Source: Antedon mediterranea (lineage: Eukaryota > Animalia > Echinodermata). Taken from it: a stretch of DNA of 64,000 nucleotides. The stretch lies in contig NC_092671.1 in assembly GCF_964355755.1 (NCBI RefSeq), positions 3,038,001 through 3,102,000 on the forward strand, read 5' to 3'. Made by a program: the position numbers and the translations under genes. This document shows, piece by piece, positions 1-10,989 of this stretch; positions within the stretch are counted from its first letter, which is position 1, and each line of letters starts with the position of its first letter. The notes beneath the pieces are model-generated. The model did not search any database, was not told the DNA's origin, and saw nothing but the letters and a program-made list of their open reading frames with translations.

Positions 1-204
1 CCTCCGTACATGTAAAGGTTTTGTTGCCATACCAACCAACGCCATTATTTCTAGGAATTCCTCCTCTCCAGCCTCGCATAATTGCTGAACATCGTCGCCG
101 CCTTGTTGTATAAAGTTATCGTAATAAGTTAGTAAATTGGCCCGTTCAAGTACTCTATACAATTGGAGTTCACTCGTGCTTATTGGCGTAATTTGAGTTG
201 ACAT
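1..204 (-). CDS. NAB: NGFI-A-binding protein (NAB1/NAB2 homolog), N-terminal NCD1 domain; partial, continues off the left edge
   Basis: Translates as [68 protein letters not shown], nearly identical to the recalled NAB NCD1 (ELQLYR..ANLL.Y...[37 protein letters not shown]). Splice acceptor at 231-232 and an in-frame TGA upstream of the ATG. A probable non-coding first exon ends at a GTAAG donor at 1551-1555. Not in the ORF track. Confidence 0.97.
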   Translation of the reverse strand, partial: MSTQITPISTSELQLYRVLERANLLTYYDNFIQQGGDDVQQLCEAGEEEFLEIMALVGMATKPLHVRR

Positions 205-1659
205 GTTGGTGGTGTTTCAAGACCGAAAGCCTGAAATCGTACATTTGAATGATTAAAATAAAACTATAGTACACAATTCATAAGGTTTAACCATCTACTG
301 TACACTATGATTTAAATAAGGCTTTTAGTAATAATTAATTACTCATTAGATGAAAATGGTGAAGAATAAAGTCCAATATTATATTGGGTATAGAATCATA
401 ATAAATTGTTGGGATGCAATGCTAGCTCTCTTATGTTTATACTGTACATGGAATGTTTATGATAAAGGTGTATTTATAATTTTACATTTTTTGAAACTCT
501 ACCACATACAAAAACATTGCACAGTTTAAACCAATTCCTAGTACTGTATAGCGGTTTACCCTTTTCCTCAATTGTTTTTTCCGTAAATTACTAAAAATAT
601 GAATTAATGGAAAACATTTTTCTAGCTTGCTGACATTTTATTTTCAGTGTACATTTATTACTGATGACAATTGAACAAATGTTATAGGATACTTCTGCTC
701 TACAGATAATAAAGTTTATAAATTCTAAGGGTGGTTGTGAAAAGTTAAGGGTATAATAACTGACACAACAGAGGTATTACTACTGCTACTACTATACTAA
801 GAATCTTAATATTTGTACTGATTTTGTTATTTTAACAAATAATAATATTCAATCCAATGATTATATTGATTGACAAATAAAGTCAGTTACTTAAAAATTA
901 GATTTAATTTTATTTGTATTTATTTTTTAACCATTATTAAGTTCAATAGTGAATAGTCAATACAAAAACAATTTTAACTTTAACTTGTTTTGATTTAAAT
1001 CAACGTAAAAACTTCCACAAATTAATCAGTCTACTAAAATATAATGAGTGTTTTTCAAGCTTGGACATTGTGTTGGTGATCACACCCTGTTCCCATAGCC
1101 GGGTGTAATGGATTCAATATGGTAAATTACAAAATAAATTTTAAGAACATTTTTACAATTTAAACATAAAAATAATGTTTATGATGTATCATAAGTTATA
1201 ATTTATTTCAGAATTTCTGTACATAATGTTATAATTTAACACTTGCATGAGAAAGTGTTGTCTACTGGCTAAAAATTAGGGAACCACTACCCTTTTCATG
1301 AAATGGACGATTCCAGCCTTGATGATTCCCCGGTGGTGTGTGAACGAATAACATTGGTGAGGTCAATTTTCTGGCACGACAATGCTCCCAACCCCGCGAT
1401 TATCGCTTTCCATCTGCTAGGCTTAACCACTCTCCGTCAAGCGATTGTGGCCTAGAAACTCACTCACATTAAACGGTGAAAACTAAGGTATTTTAAACAA
1501 CACATTTTTGACATCTAGCACAAATAAAAGATCTAAACACAGTGAAACAACTTACCAAATGATGATTTGATGAAATGGTAAACCATTCAAAGGGTATTCG
1601 TTCGAAAATTAGCCACTCCGAAATGCTTAGTTGATCCCGTCGGTCCGTCGTGTATGATT

Positions 1660-2160
1660 TTTTGTCGGTCCCACTTCCTGCCTCACGAGGATTCAATTGC
1701 CTCCTCAATAATAGACGTCAGAAAATCCTGGAGGTGATATGTATTATCTTCTAATGGATTCCTAGTTTTACTGTAACACAGGAGGCGACCATGGGAGACC
1801 ATACGGATCTAATAATGTAATCCCCTTCCCCCACGCGGTGCTATAGAAAAAAGGGTGGGGATATTCCGTGACGTTGCTTAGAGTTAGTAATGCGTGAGTG
1901 TCACCTCTCCCCCGTGATTGGCCAGCAATACCCCACGTGAGTATCATCTTGTTGAGGGGCCTTGTTATGACGTCGAAGGGTCCCCTTAGGGGGTGAGGGT
2001 ATTTACTGAGAACACCATATTTGGCATTGACCACCGTCTGCGTTTTAAATGAATATTATATGGATTGGATTTTAGTCACAAAGAAAGAACTCGCATATTT
2101 TAAGTGGGTGGGGATACAAAATCGTTGTTTCGTGACGGCGTCTGGGTATTTATATGCTGC
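1660..2160 (-). promoter_or_regulatory. GC-richer putative NAB promoter with immediate-early-type motifs
   Basis: ETS core ACTTCCTG 1673-1680; EGR-like GCGTGGGGG (minus) 1828-1836; CRE-like sites at ~1713, ~1868 and ~1968; perfect CArG box CCATATTTGG 2015-2024. Lies upstream of the putative non-coding NAB exon. Confidence 0.55.
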
Positions 2161-4168
2161 CTGTTGTATTGAGGCCTATTACTTGTATTGTAACATGAAC
2201 ATACCCTGTAAATCATACGTATTTATTTAATGTTTATATGAATTGTAGATGATTTATTAGTAGGCCTATAATTTGTCAATAATCATGTTTGATTAAAATC
2301 GTCTATTTTATATAATTTTACTTTTTTTTAGTCTAGATTAGATGACCCTCATACAAGTAACAAATATAAAAAAATAAGAACATTTATTTCTAACATTGTC
2401 CGAATGAAAAAAGTACACATGCCCAATAGTTTCATTTGATCAATATCACGTTAAAATTACACTTAACTAAGTACTATATTGGTGTAAAACTAGTGATAGC
2501 AAACAAGCCATGTCTAACATACATCAATATTTGAAGTAAAACAATTATATTAAAATTCAATTTATTTTACTCCGAGTGGGGTGAAATCATGATTGAACAT
2601 CATGAAAACGCAACGTGGGCCCACGATCTGGGAGGCAACATAAAATGTAAATCGTCGACGCTGGGGTGAAACACGCGTCTGCCTGAAATTATATACATGT
2701 ATGAAAGGCCTCACAGAAATTATGCAAACAGAGTCACACATCATGGTGTGTTTGGTATTGAAAAACTATGACGTTGATATAATTGACCAGCAGGCGAAAA
2801 TGATCAAAATTTTATCCGACATACGACTCATCAAATGGATTACCGATATGGCTGGCAAATCTTTTTTTCATAATAATTAATATTCTAGAATTGAGAGTAG
2901 AGTCAAGCATTTTGTGTACATAATTTTGTTTAAATAACTAATATGCAATATATATTATTTTAAAGAATTTCATAGAATTTCAACTTATAAATTATGTTTT
3001 AATAATACATTTATTATACTGATGACATCATACGGTAGCCAAACATTTGATTGAGATTATGATGAAAACATATATAATGATATTAAACATCATAAAAAAA
3101 GAATCTAGACAAAATCTTAATTTCCATAATCATTTTTCATTTTTCTCAAGGCCATGTCAAGAATAATCATAAAGAAATATTGTATTATGATATCGATATG
3201 GAATACTTATTAAGTTTTAGAGTACCCACAATATCGATTATACCATAAATTATTTAATTAACTGATCTTGTAAGTTGCATACACAAAATCGGGTTATTGT
3301 TACAGTAATGATGTTTATAAACAGCCAGTTACGGAGCAACAGCAATACGCAGCTTGGAGCGTAAAAGTACGCATTTCCTGGCACGTGTGCGAAGACGCGC
3401 ATCCTCAACAGGTGCGCGATCTGCTCAACGCATTTCCGGTATACGTACGCAGTATCGCTACGTGTTGAACTTGAACACGCAATGCAGATTAAAGATTTTT
3501 ATTTTCCATTCCGCTGACATCGACTATATGAATGTATTAAAAATATTTATATTATGTAATAATTCAATAAGTTTTTAATATTGTTAATATGCTCTGGTTT
3601 TCATATAGGTAGTGGACAAATCATTAATTTTATTTTTATTATCAGAGTGCGCTAAATATCAACTATTAAACGTATGTTTGCATTTTCCAAATAAACCGGT
3701 GCTTATATTATTGAGAAAGTAAATTAGTAAAACACGATTGGTAATAATAATCAATAATGAATATATTATAGAGGGCGCTATCTATCAGATTACTCTGTAT
3801 TTAAAAAAGAAGTGTGCATATTTGCCAAATCAGGCGTTTTTAATTCAAAAGACTGTCAAAACATTTTTTTAAACCTTTTAATTCATAAAACTAAATTCCA
3901 AAAGGTATGAATTTATACATCGTTAACTGTTTTATTGTTTAACATATAATAATTTTCCAGTTGCATTTATATAAAATGTTATTAACAAAACTTTTGGAAT
4001 GTGTTTCTGAGGAAAGATTACCAAATAAATTGATAAAATCCAATAATACTTTAAATTTAGAATATAAAATAACAATTATGTATAATAATCAAAGTAAATA
4101 CAGTAGTAACTATCACCGCCAAATAACAAAATAACAAAAATAAGTTTTAAATTTTAAGTGCTTGTTTA

Positions 4169-6261
4169 TTAAAATAAACTATCTTCTGGGTGATCTGGGT
4201 TGATGTCTTTCCAATCTGGGAACAAAACAGGAAGCTTGCTAGTTTTCTTCAAAACCAATGCACTCAGATTTTTTTCTAGGAATCGTGATCCTTCAATTGA
4301 CAGGTGGAGTCCATCTATCAAAAATCGTTCCCAATTCTGTAGAATTAATAGACAAATAAATGTTATTAAATGTACAAAATATTTTTTTAATTTCCAGTGT
4401 ATTATTTTTTTTCCATTGATTTTAATTTTTTTTAAATTTCGATTTTAAATATTGAGAACAAAATTTAACTAAACTCTCCTTTTGAAAACCTATTAAATAG
4501 AGAATGCATATATATATTTCTCTATAGCCCTTTTTTCACACTGTGTGCCAGGAATATACAGGTAATATTCTATTACATTCGGCAGGGTTTCTGTTAGGAT
4601 GGGTCACACCGGCACCTTGCCGGCATCAACCAGACCTGCTCAACACCTAGGAGTATTCCCCGCAGTGTGAGACGGGGAATCAATAGTCTTACGTGAATAT
4701 ATATATCCTGGTAATGATGCTGGCACAATGCAGATATCTATACACACAGCATCAGCCGGCATGTCTGTGAGAAAAATGGCTTATGTTATATTGTACAACC
4801 CGTAGGTTTAATAGAGGTTCAAATGACCTAATGCTCACCTTTTCCTGTTGCATAGATGACCATAGATCAATACAATCAACCTCACATTGCTTAGCAACAG
4901 AACAGCACATTTCGCTATATTTTCCGGTTACTTCATTTTTTCTGTTTACTTCGGAACCTGATGAAACTATGATGTCATAAATATATAAATATTATAAAGG
5001 CTGGCATTGCAAGATTCTCAAGTATATTGAATGTCCATAATTATATGGAAAGTTGGTCAAATTACAGACATATGAAAAAGTATGAGAGAAATGAGATCAC
5101 AAGATCTTGATTCAACTCTTCCCCCTCCCCCAGCATCCTCCCCACCCCCAACATGGATCGGCTCTGTGATAGAAATGTATAGGTGTATGACTTACCACAT
5201 CCACTACCCCAAGCTTTATCATCTAAAGGTGGAGGTGAAATTAAAACAATCTTTTCTTTATCAATTCCAATATTAGTCAAATAATCAACCATCTCCTAAA
5301 AAAATAAAGTTTATTACTTTCATTTTAAAATTCAGTGCTAGAATTAATTCTTTCTTTTAATTATAAATAATTAGGAATAAATAAAAGAAAAGGTTTCATC
5401 CTATTACAGATTCTTAAGCTCTGTCTCACTATCAAACTTTATGTGACAACAAAAATGTGATGTGTCCATATATAGACATGATGATGTAATATCACTACCA
5501 TATTTGGCATCCATATCACTACCATATTTGGGCACATCACATATTTTTGGTCAAACTAGTTTGATAGTGTAGACAGAGTTTAAATTTCTTGATACCTTTG
5601 TGTTTTGACGGTAATCATTAAGTGGTACATGTTTTTGTGATTGGCCAGTAAGGACAGCATCATTTGCTCCAAAGAATATTGTCACTAAAACTACATCCAA
5701 GATGATAGTTTTGGGAACAATCTTTGGAATCAGGTATTTTGCCCAGGTGGTATTGTATCCAGAAAAGCCTCGATTTAAAACATCACACTTCCTAAAAACG
5801 AAAAACATTTGAATAGAATATATAATAATCTGGAACAGAAAGTCTGCATCCACAGACTTGATGTCAGACTGAATCTAAGCAGCAGCAGCTGAGACAAATC
5901 ATGATGTAACTTATTGTAACTACCTTTGCAGCTTGTTAGCTAAAGATGCTCCCCATCCTCCATCACTAAAAGCATACTGGAAAAAAAATGTTAATTGTTA
6001 AAAGTCAATAACAGTATTGTTGTTTGACAGTATATGCAAAATTGATTTGATTTCACACAACTAGATAAAAAAGAACACTGCTGGCCTAGTACTAGCTGCT
6101 GCAGTCAATAATGAAATCTGAATGTCACAGATTTACATTCTAGCCTTCCAAAATGTCAGGGTTTCCTATCTTTCCCTGACCCCTTCGTCGAATTCATTTA
6201 AATGTGTTATTACCTGCGTAATTGAGTCACCAAATAATATTATTTTTGGCCATTCACTCAT
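4169..6261 (-). CDS. IAH1: Isoamyl acetate-hydrolyzing esterase 1 homolog (SGNH/GDSL hydrolase), 6 coding exons
   Basis: Exons 6214-6261, 5924-5976, 5596-5791, 5196-5295, 4839-4957, 4169-4336, all GT-AG and frame-consistent. Protein [51 protein letters not shown]...IFFGANDA...DGLHLS...[22 protein letters not shown], GAND and DGLH blocks are intact. Confidence 0.96.
4527..4781. mobile_element. Degenerate MITE (Harbinger-like) in IAH1 intron 5
   Basis: Imperfect terminal inverted repeats AGCCCTTTTTTCACAC / GTGAGAAAAATGGCT around a GC-richer interior. Confidence 0.45.
5417..5580. mobile_element. Harbinger/Tourist-type MITE family A (~155 bp)
   Basis: Family TIR AGCTCTGTCTACACTATCAAACT ... AGTTTGATAGTGTAGACAGAGCT with TAA/TTA-like flanks. 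Full or partial copies at ~7445-7601, 15400-15530, 19665-19750, 26480-26563, 26805-26918, 27495-27600, 29688-29790, 50502-50659, 57631-57784, 58851-58997, 61680-61821. Confidence 0.85.
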
Positions 6262-6574
6262 CTTTTGCAGTGCAGAAGACCTTTAAAATTTAAAATACAT
6301 TTGATTTAGAGAGCGCCACCAATACGTTTGTTGACAATGATTGACGATACCATTATTGTGTGTAGGTGTAACAAAGTCAATAAAGAAATAAATTACTGTT
6401 TAAACAATAGATATAATAGAGATTTAATAAAATATGAAATACCTTTGATATTTTGTTTCAAGGTGTTTGTAAATTTATATTATATTTAATGAAGTGAACG
6501 AAACTAGAGGATAATCGTCATTCGTTATTCCTATTCTATAATCGTTTATTCCAAAATCTGAAAGTTTAGTAAAT
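6262..6574. promoter_or_regulatory. Bidirectional promoter region IAH1 / acyl-CoA dehydrogenase
   Basis: Only 313 bp between the divergent start codons (6261 minus, 6575 plus). Confidence 0.7.
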
Positions 6575-9500
6575 ATGGCGAAACTCTGCAGAAACCTAGG
6601 CCTATTTCCAGGGAGAATTGCTCTGCCTTTTCGCCTATTTTCCAATCCAAAATGTGCACAGTCAACTGAAGCACTTCATGCATCGAATTCTGCAGGTAAC
6701 TCTGATGGTGATATATTTACAGCAGAACATGTAGAGCTCAGAAAATCACTAGGCAAGGTAATGCTCAAATTTTCCCTGTTTTGCAAAGCACTCAACGCGG
6801 CCTTTAATCGACCAAATGACCCTTTTTGGAGACAAACTAGGGTTTTCATAAGCCTAGGCCAGTACTTGTGTCGAAAATTATTAATATTAATTTAAAAGAT
6901 TCCTAAATTTAATTGTCTTATTAAATATTGTATCATTTTGTTATTGTAATTAATTAGTATTACTAAAATAATTTACACACACAGTATTACTCTAAAAAAG
7001 TATTTAAAAAAAGGCCTACTTAGTAGTAACTTACTAACTATTAGTATTAAAATAAAAAACAAAATGCTTGAAATTGAATGAATAATGAAATTATAATGTA
7101 TGTGGTCAGCTTATTGAACGTGACATCAACCCATATGTTGATGAATGGGAAGCCAATGAACAGTTTCCTGCTCATGAAATATTCAAAAAGTTGGGAGATG
7201 CGGGATTCCTCGGAGTGACAAAACCAACCGGTAGGTTACATCACATAATTTAAACTTATTTGTAGAACATGATGGGCAAAAAAAAAATGTTACCTAAAGA
7301 TAAAGAGGTGCCTTTTTTAAAATAAAGCATACAAAATTAGACCTAGAATAATTAAAAATATATTAGTACAGTTATATATTTTAAATACAAACGTTTTTGT
7401 TCCTGAATGTATACACAGTATTTTTAGTCTTGTTATACAGAAAGTATCTTTCTACATAATCAAAACTTTATGTGATAAAAAATTGTGATGTGATATAAAG
7501 ATATGATGATGTCATATCACTAACATATTTGGGCATATCACTTCCATATTTAGGTACATCACATTTTTTTGTCAAAGTAGTTTGATAGTGTAGACAGAGC
7601 TTTTAAGCTTGTCAAACGACCCATTATACCTTCAAGTAAGTATATATAAAATCAGAAAGTTTATGTAATCTTTTCCTTTTTCCCCATTTATTATCATATA
7701 TTTATAACAGTATACAAAATTACAATTCAAATTCTTGTTTGTAGAGTATGGAGGCCTGGGACTAGATTTTACGTTTAGCTTGGCTGTAGCATTGGAACTT
7801 GGTAAAATCAACTGTGGCGGAATCCCAATGGCAATAGGGGTACAATCAGACATGGCTACACCAGCATTGGCGAGGTACACTGAAGGACCTTGTAAAAACT
7901 ATTTTCCTGCAATAACTACACTTTGTTTACTTTTTAATATCATTTTTGGTAATTATACGCGCACTGTTTATTGCAGCGGCTGTCTCGTAAACTACATTGA
8001 AACATTAAACCAAAATCATACAATATTATACTGTAGTTACTGCAGTAGGATAATTTTGACCCCCTATTTTTTTTATCATTTTTAACATTATTAAAACCTA
8101 TACACTAACTAACTACCGATCTTGTTATTAATAGGTTTGGGAGTGATGAACTAAAAGAAGAATTTCTACGACCCACTGTTGCAGGTGATGTAGTTGCATG
8201 TTTGGGTGTCAGTGAAGCAACTGCTGGTTCAGATGTTGCCAGTAAGTTCACACATTTTGTCCAATGCTTAAAAAAAGATATATTGTTTATATGCTGTACT
8301 ATATAATACTTTGTAGTAGAAAGTAATGTAATTTTAAAAAGTTGTCTTTCTGACACATTTAGAAAAAATTATTATTAGTAAAATAATTAATATTTGGATC
8401 ATAAATAAACTGTACATTTACATCTTCAAATGCCTGCCTAACCTGGATAAACCAAAAATAGCAATTCCTCTCCAAAGAGAGGATACATTTATAAAATTTA
8501 CAGTTGAGCACCCCTATCATCTAATGGAATATTCTCTATAAACTCATAGATTATCAACACCAATAGCTATTGGGTTGTGTATTACTTTGTTCTGTATTAC
8601 CACTTTAAAGATATTTTATAAAATGTCCTTTTTTACAGACATAAAAACAACAGCAGTAAAGAAAGGAGATGACTATATTATCAATGGTAGCAAGATGTGG
8701 ATTACTAATGGACACCAAGCTGATTGGATTTGTTTATTGGCTAATACGAATGACGGGCCTGCCCACAAAAACAAATCACTTTTCTGTCTACCAATGTCCA
8801 CTAAAGGTAAGGTCGTGAATATTCAAATTGCTTTCAACAGGAATATCCTTTTTTTTAATTGGAAAATCTGTATTCATAAAATGTACATAATTTTCAGGTG
8901 TTATCCGAGCAAAGAAGATAGAGAAAATTGGAATGAAATGTTCAGACACAGCTCAGCTTTTCTTTGAGGATGTGGTCATACCAAAGAAGTTCATCATAGG
9001 TCAGGAGGGTGCAGGGTTCATGTACCAGATGATGCAATTCCAAGAGGAAAGAATGTGGGGTTCTGCTGTAGGTAAGAGGTAGTGCTTTTGGCTTGCATTG
9101 AGGAGTGGTGGGGGTGTTGAAGCAGGATCTTAAAAGTTGTTAAGGGAAGAGGATGAGTTTTAGTTTTAGAAATGTGAGACACCAAAGTAGTTGTGATATA
9201 ATACTTTTTTGGCTTGTGGACTGATTTCTAGAAGATTTTAACATGGCATTTATTTTTTTAGCGTTGGAACCATTGGATAGACTAATCCGTGATACAATTG
9301 AATATACGGGTCAGAGGATGGCATTTGGAAAGAGTATTCTATCAAATCAGTGTGTTCATTTTAGACTTGCTGAATTACAAACAGAAATAGAACTGCTTAG
9401 ATCATTGATGTATAGGACAATTGGTAAGTTATTCTGTAAAAGGGATTTTGGGAGTGGTGAAGAAGGAGTGGGGTGTGGAGATTTTGGGAGTAGTGAAGGA

Positions 9501-10989
9501 GAAGTGGGTGGAGATATTGTTTTCTTTTTTGGGGTGGTGTGGTGGGGGATGTTTGTATGGATTGAATCTACACTTACTATAAGAAAATTTCTTACTACAA
9601 TTCTACATTTAGACCTTTTATTAATTGAAATGCTGCATTTTGGGAGTTGGAAATTTAAGGGATTACGACAACATTTTTCTACTGCAGTTACTGCAGTAAC
9701 TAGCTTTTTTACTATAATAAGTGTTTTAAAGATTTTAGTTTGTTTCAATGACAAAGTTTACGAGACAGTCACTGCAACAAACAGTGTGTTTGATTACCCA
9801 CAATTTAGTTTCTGCAGTAACTGCAGTAGAATAATATTGACATGGTTCCTAATATATCATCACTTTGCAGGTATGTATGCAAAAGGAACTGATGTTACGA
9901 ATTTAGCTTCAATGTGTAAATTAAAGAGTGGACGTCTTGCTAGAGAAGTCACTGATTCATGTATGCAGTACTGGGGAGGCATGGGTTTTACCAATGAAGT
10001 TCTTGTTAGCAGATTTTACAGGGATTTTAGGTAAGTTTTAAGGCATTGATGTTAACATCGACAAGGGTTCGAGGCTCAATAGTACATCTTTCGAGACGGG
10101 TAGTAGGTTACCCCGGAGTAATATTTCACACACAAATACTGTCACATACTCATATATATATATACACTGGGTCCTCTGGGAAAACAGTCTTAGACTGAAG
10201 AGTATAAAGAATAAATAATAGTATAGTGAGTTTTCGCGTTGAGACGGTAGACAATAGGGGATAGTAGATAGGAAAGGATACGGTAATTTAATTTTTGTAT
10301 TAATCTCCATATGCTTATAATCCTAGTATACTCTGTTCCGTTCTTATCGGGAATATAATTGGTTGATTTACCGTTTGATCTGATAGACGGAGGAAAGTTT
10401 ATAACCATCACGCTATGACATAATCAACTCGGTTTTGTTCATACAAGCATGCCAGAATCTATACCATCACGCTATGACATAATCAACTCGGTTTTGTTCA
10501 TACAAGCATGCCAGAATCTAAAGTAAACAACCATATATTATATAACACCTATATAAATTCCTGTCATTTGATTGGACGAATGTGGGTCACATGGCGTGCA
10601 ATAGTACGCACTATTCAACGATCGTTAAATAGTACTTTTTGAAACATTTTTGTGTACGAAAAAAAAACGTCTAGATGTTATATAAAACAAATAATGAATG
10701 TTTTGTATTCGTGTAATGGTACAAATAATGGCACTTGGTGAATGATGAAAGGTTATATCAACTCGGCTTTGCCTCGTTGATATAACCTTTCATCATTCAC
10801 CTCGTGCCATTATTTGTACCATTGCACTCATAAACATTCATTATTTGTATAATATTTAATTAAAAGAAAATATAATTTGTATAATTTTTTTTAATTCTCA
10901 GATTATTATCAATTGGTGGTGGTGCAGATGAAGTGATGTTATCTATTATTTGTAAGCACATGAAAACCCTGCCAGGCCAAGGAAAATAA
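6575..10989 (+). CDS. Mitochondrial acyl-CoA dehydrogenase, LCAD/IVD catalytic type, AtuD (citronellyl-CoA dehydrogenase)/acdh-6-like; 9 coding exons
   Basis: Exons 6575-6757, 7110-7230, 7745-7874, 8135-8241, 8639-8806, 8898-9071, 9262-9423, 9871-10030, 10902-10989, all GT-AG and in frame. Motifs [71 protein letters not shown]. Arg/Leu-rich N-terminal presequence. Confidence 0.95.
10040..10200 (+). mobile_element. Truncated/rearranged copy of the Deu-type SINE
   Basis: Shares AACATCG.CA.GGGTTCGAGGCTCA, TAGTACATCTTTCGAGACG and CTGAAGAG blocks with the SINEs at 15.1 and 33.0 kb. Confidence 0.7.
10405..10520. repeat. Tandem duplication, 59 bp period x2
   Basis: CCATCACGCTATGACATAATCAACTCGGTTTTGTTCATACAAGCATGCCAGAATCTA at 10405 and 10464. 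Confidence 0.9.
10535..10852. mobile_element. Non-autonomous element with a long palindrome (Crypton-like)
   Basis: Arms of ~80 bp (10680-10763 vs 10776-10852) around a CTCGGCTTTGCCTCG centre. The architecture resembles recalled CryptonV-type non-autonomous elements. Confidence 0.55.

Noticed and set aside
9356-9754. 132-aa antisense ORF
   Set aside because: Pro/Ser/Thr-rich shadow of a G-rich intron with no recognisable homology.
6575-10989. Recent horizontal transfer or bacterial contamination of the AtuD-like gene
   Set aside because: Eight spliceosomal introns, a mitochondrial presequence, host-like composition and known animal relatives (acdh-6 type).
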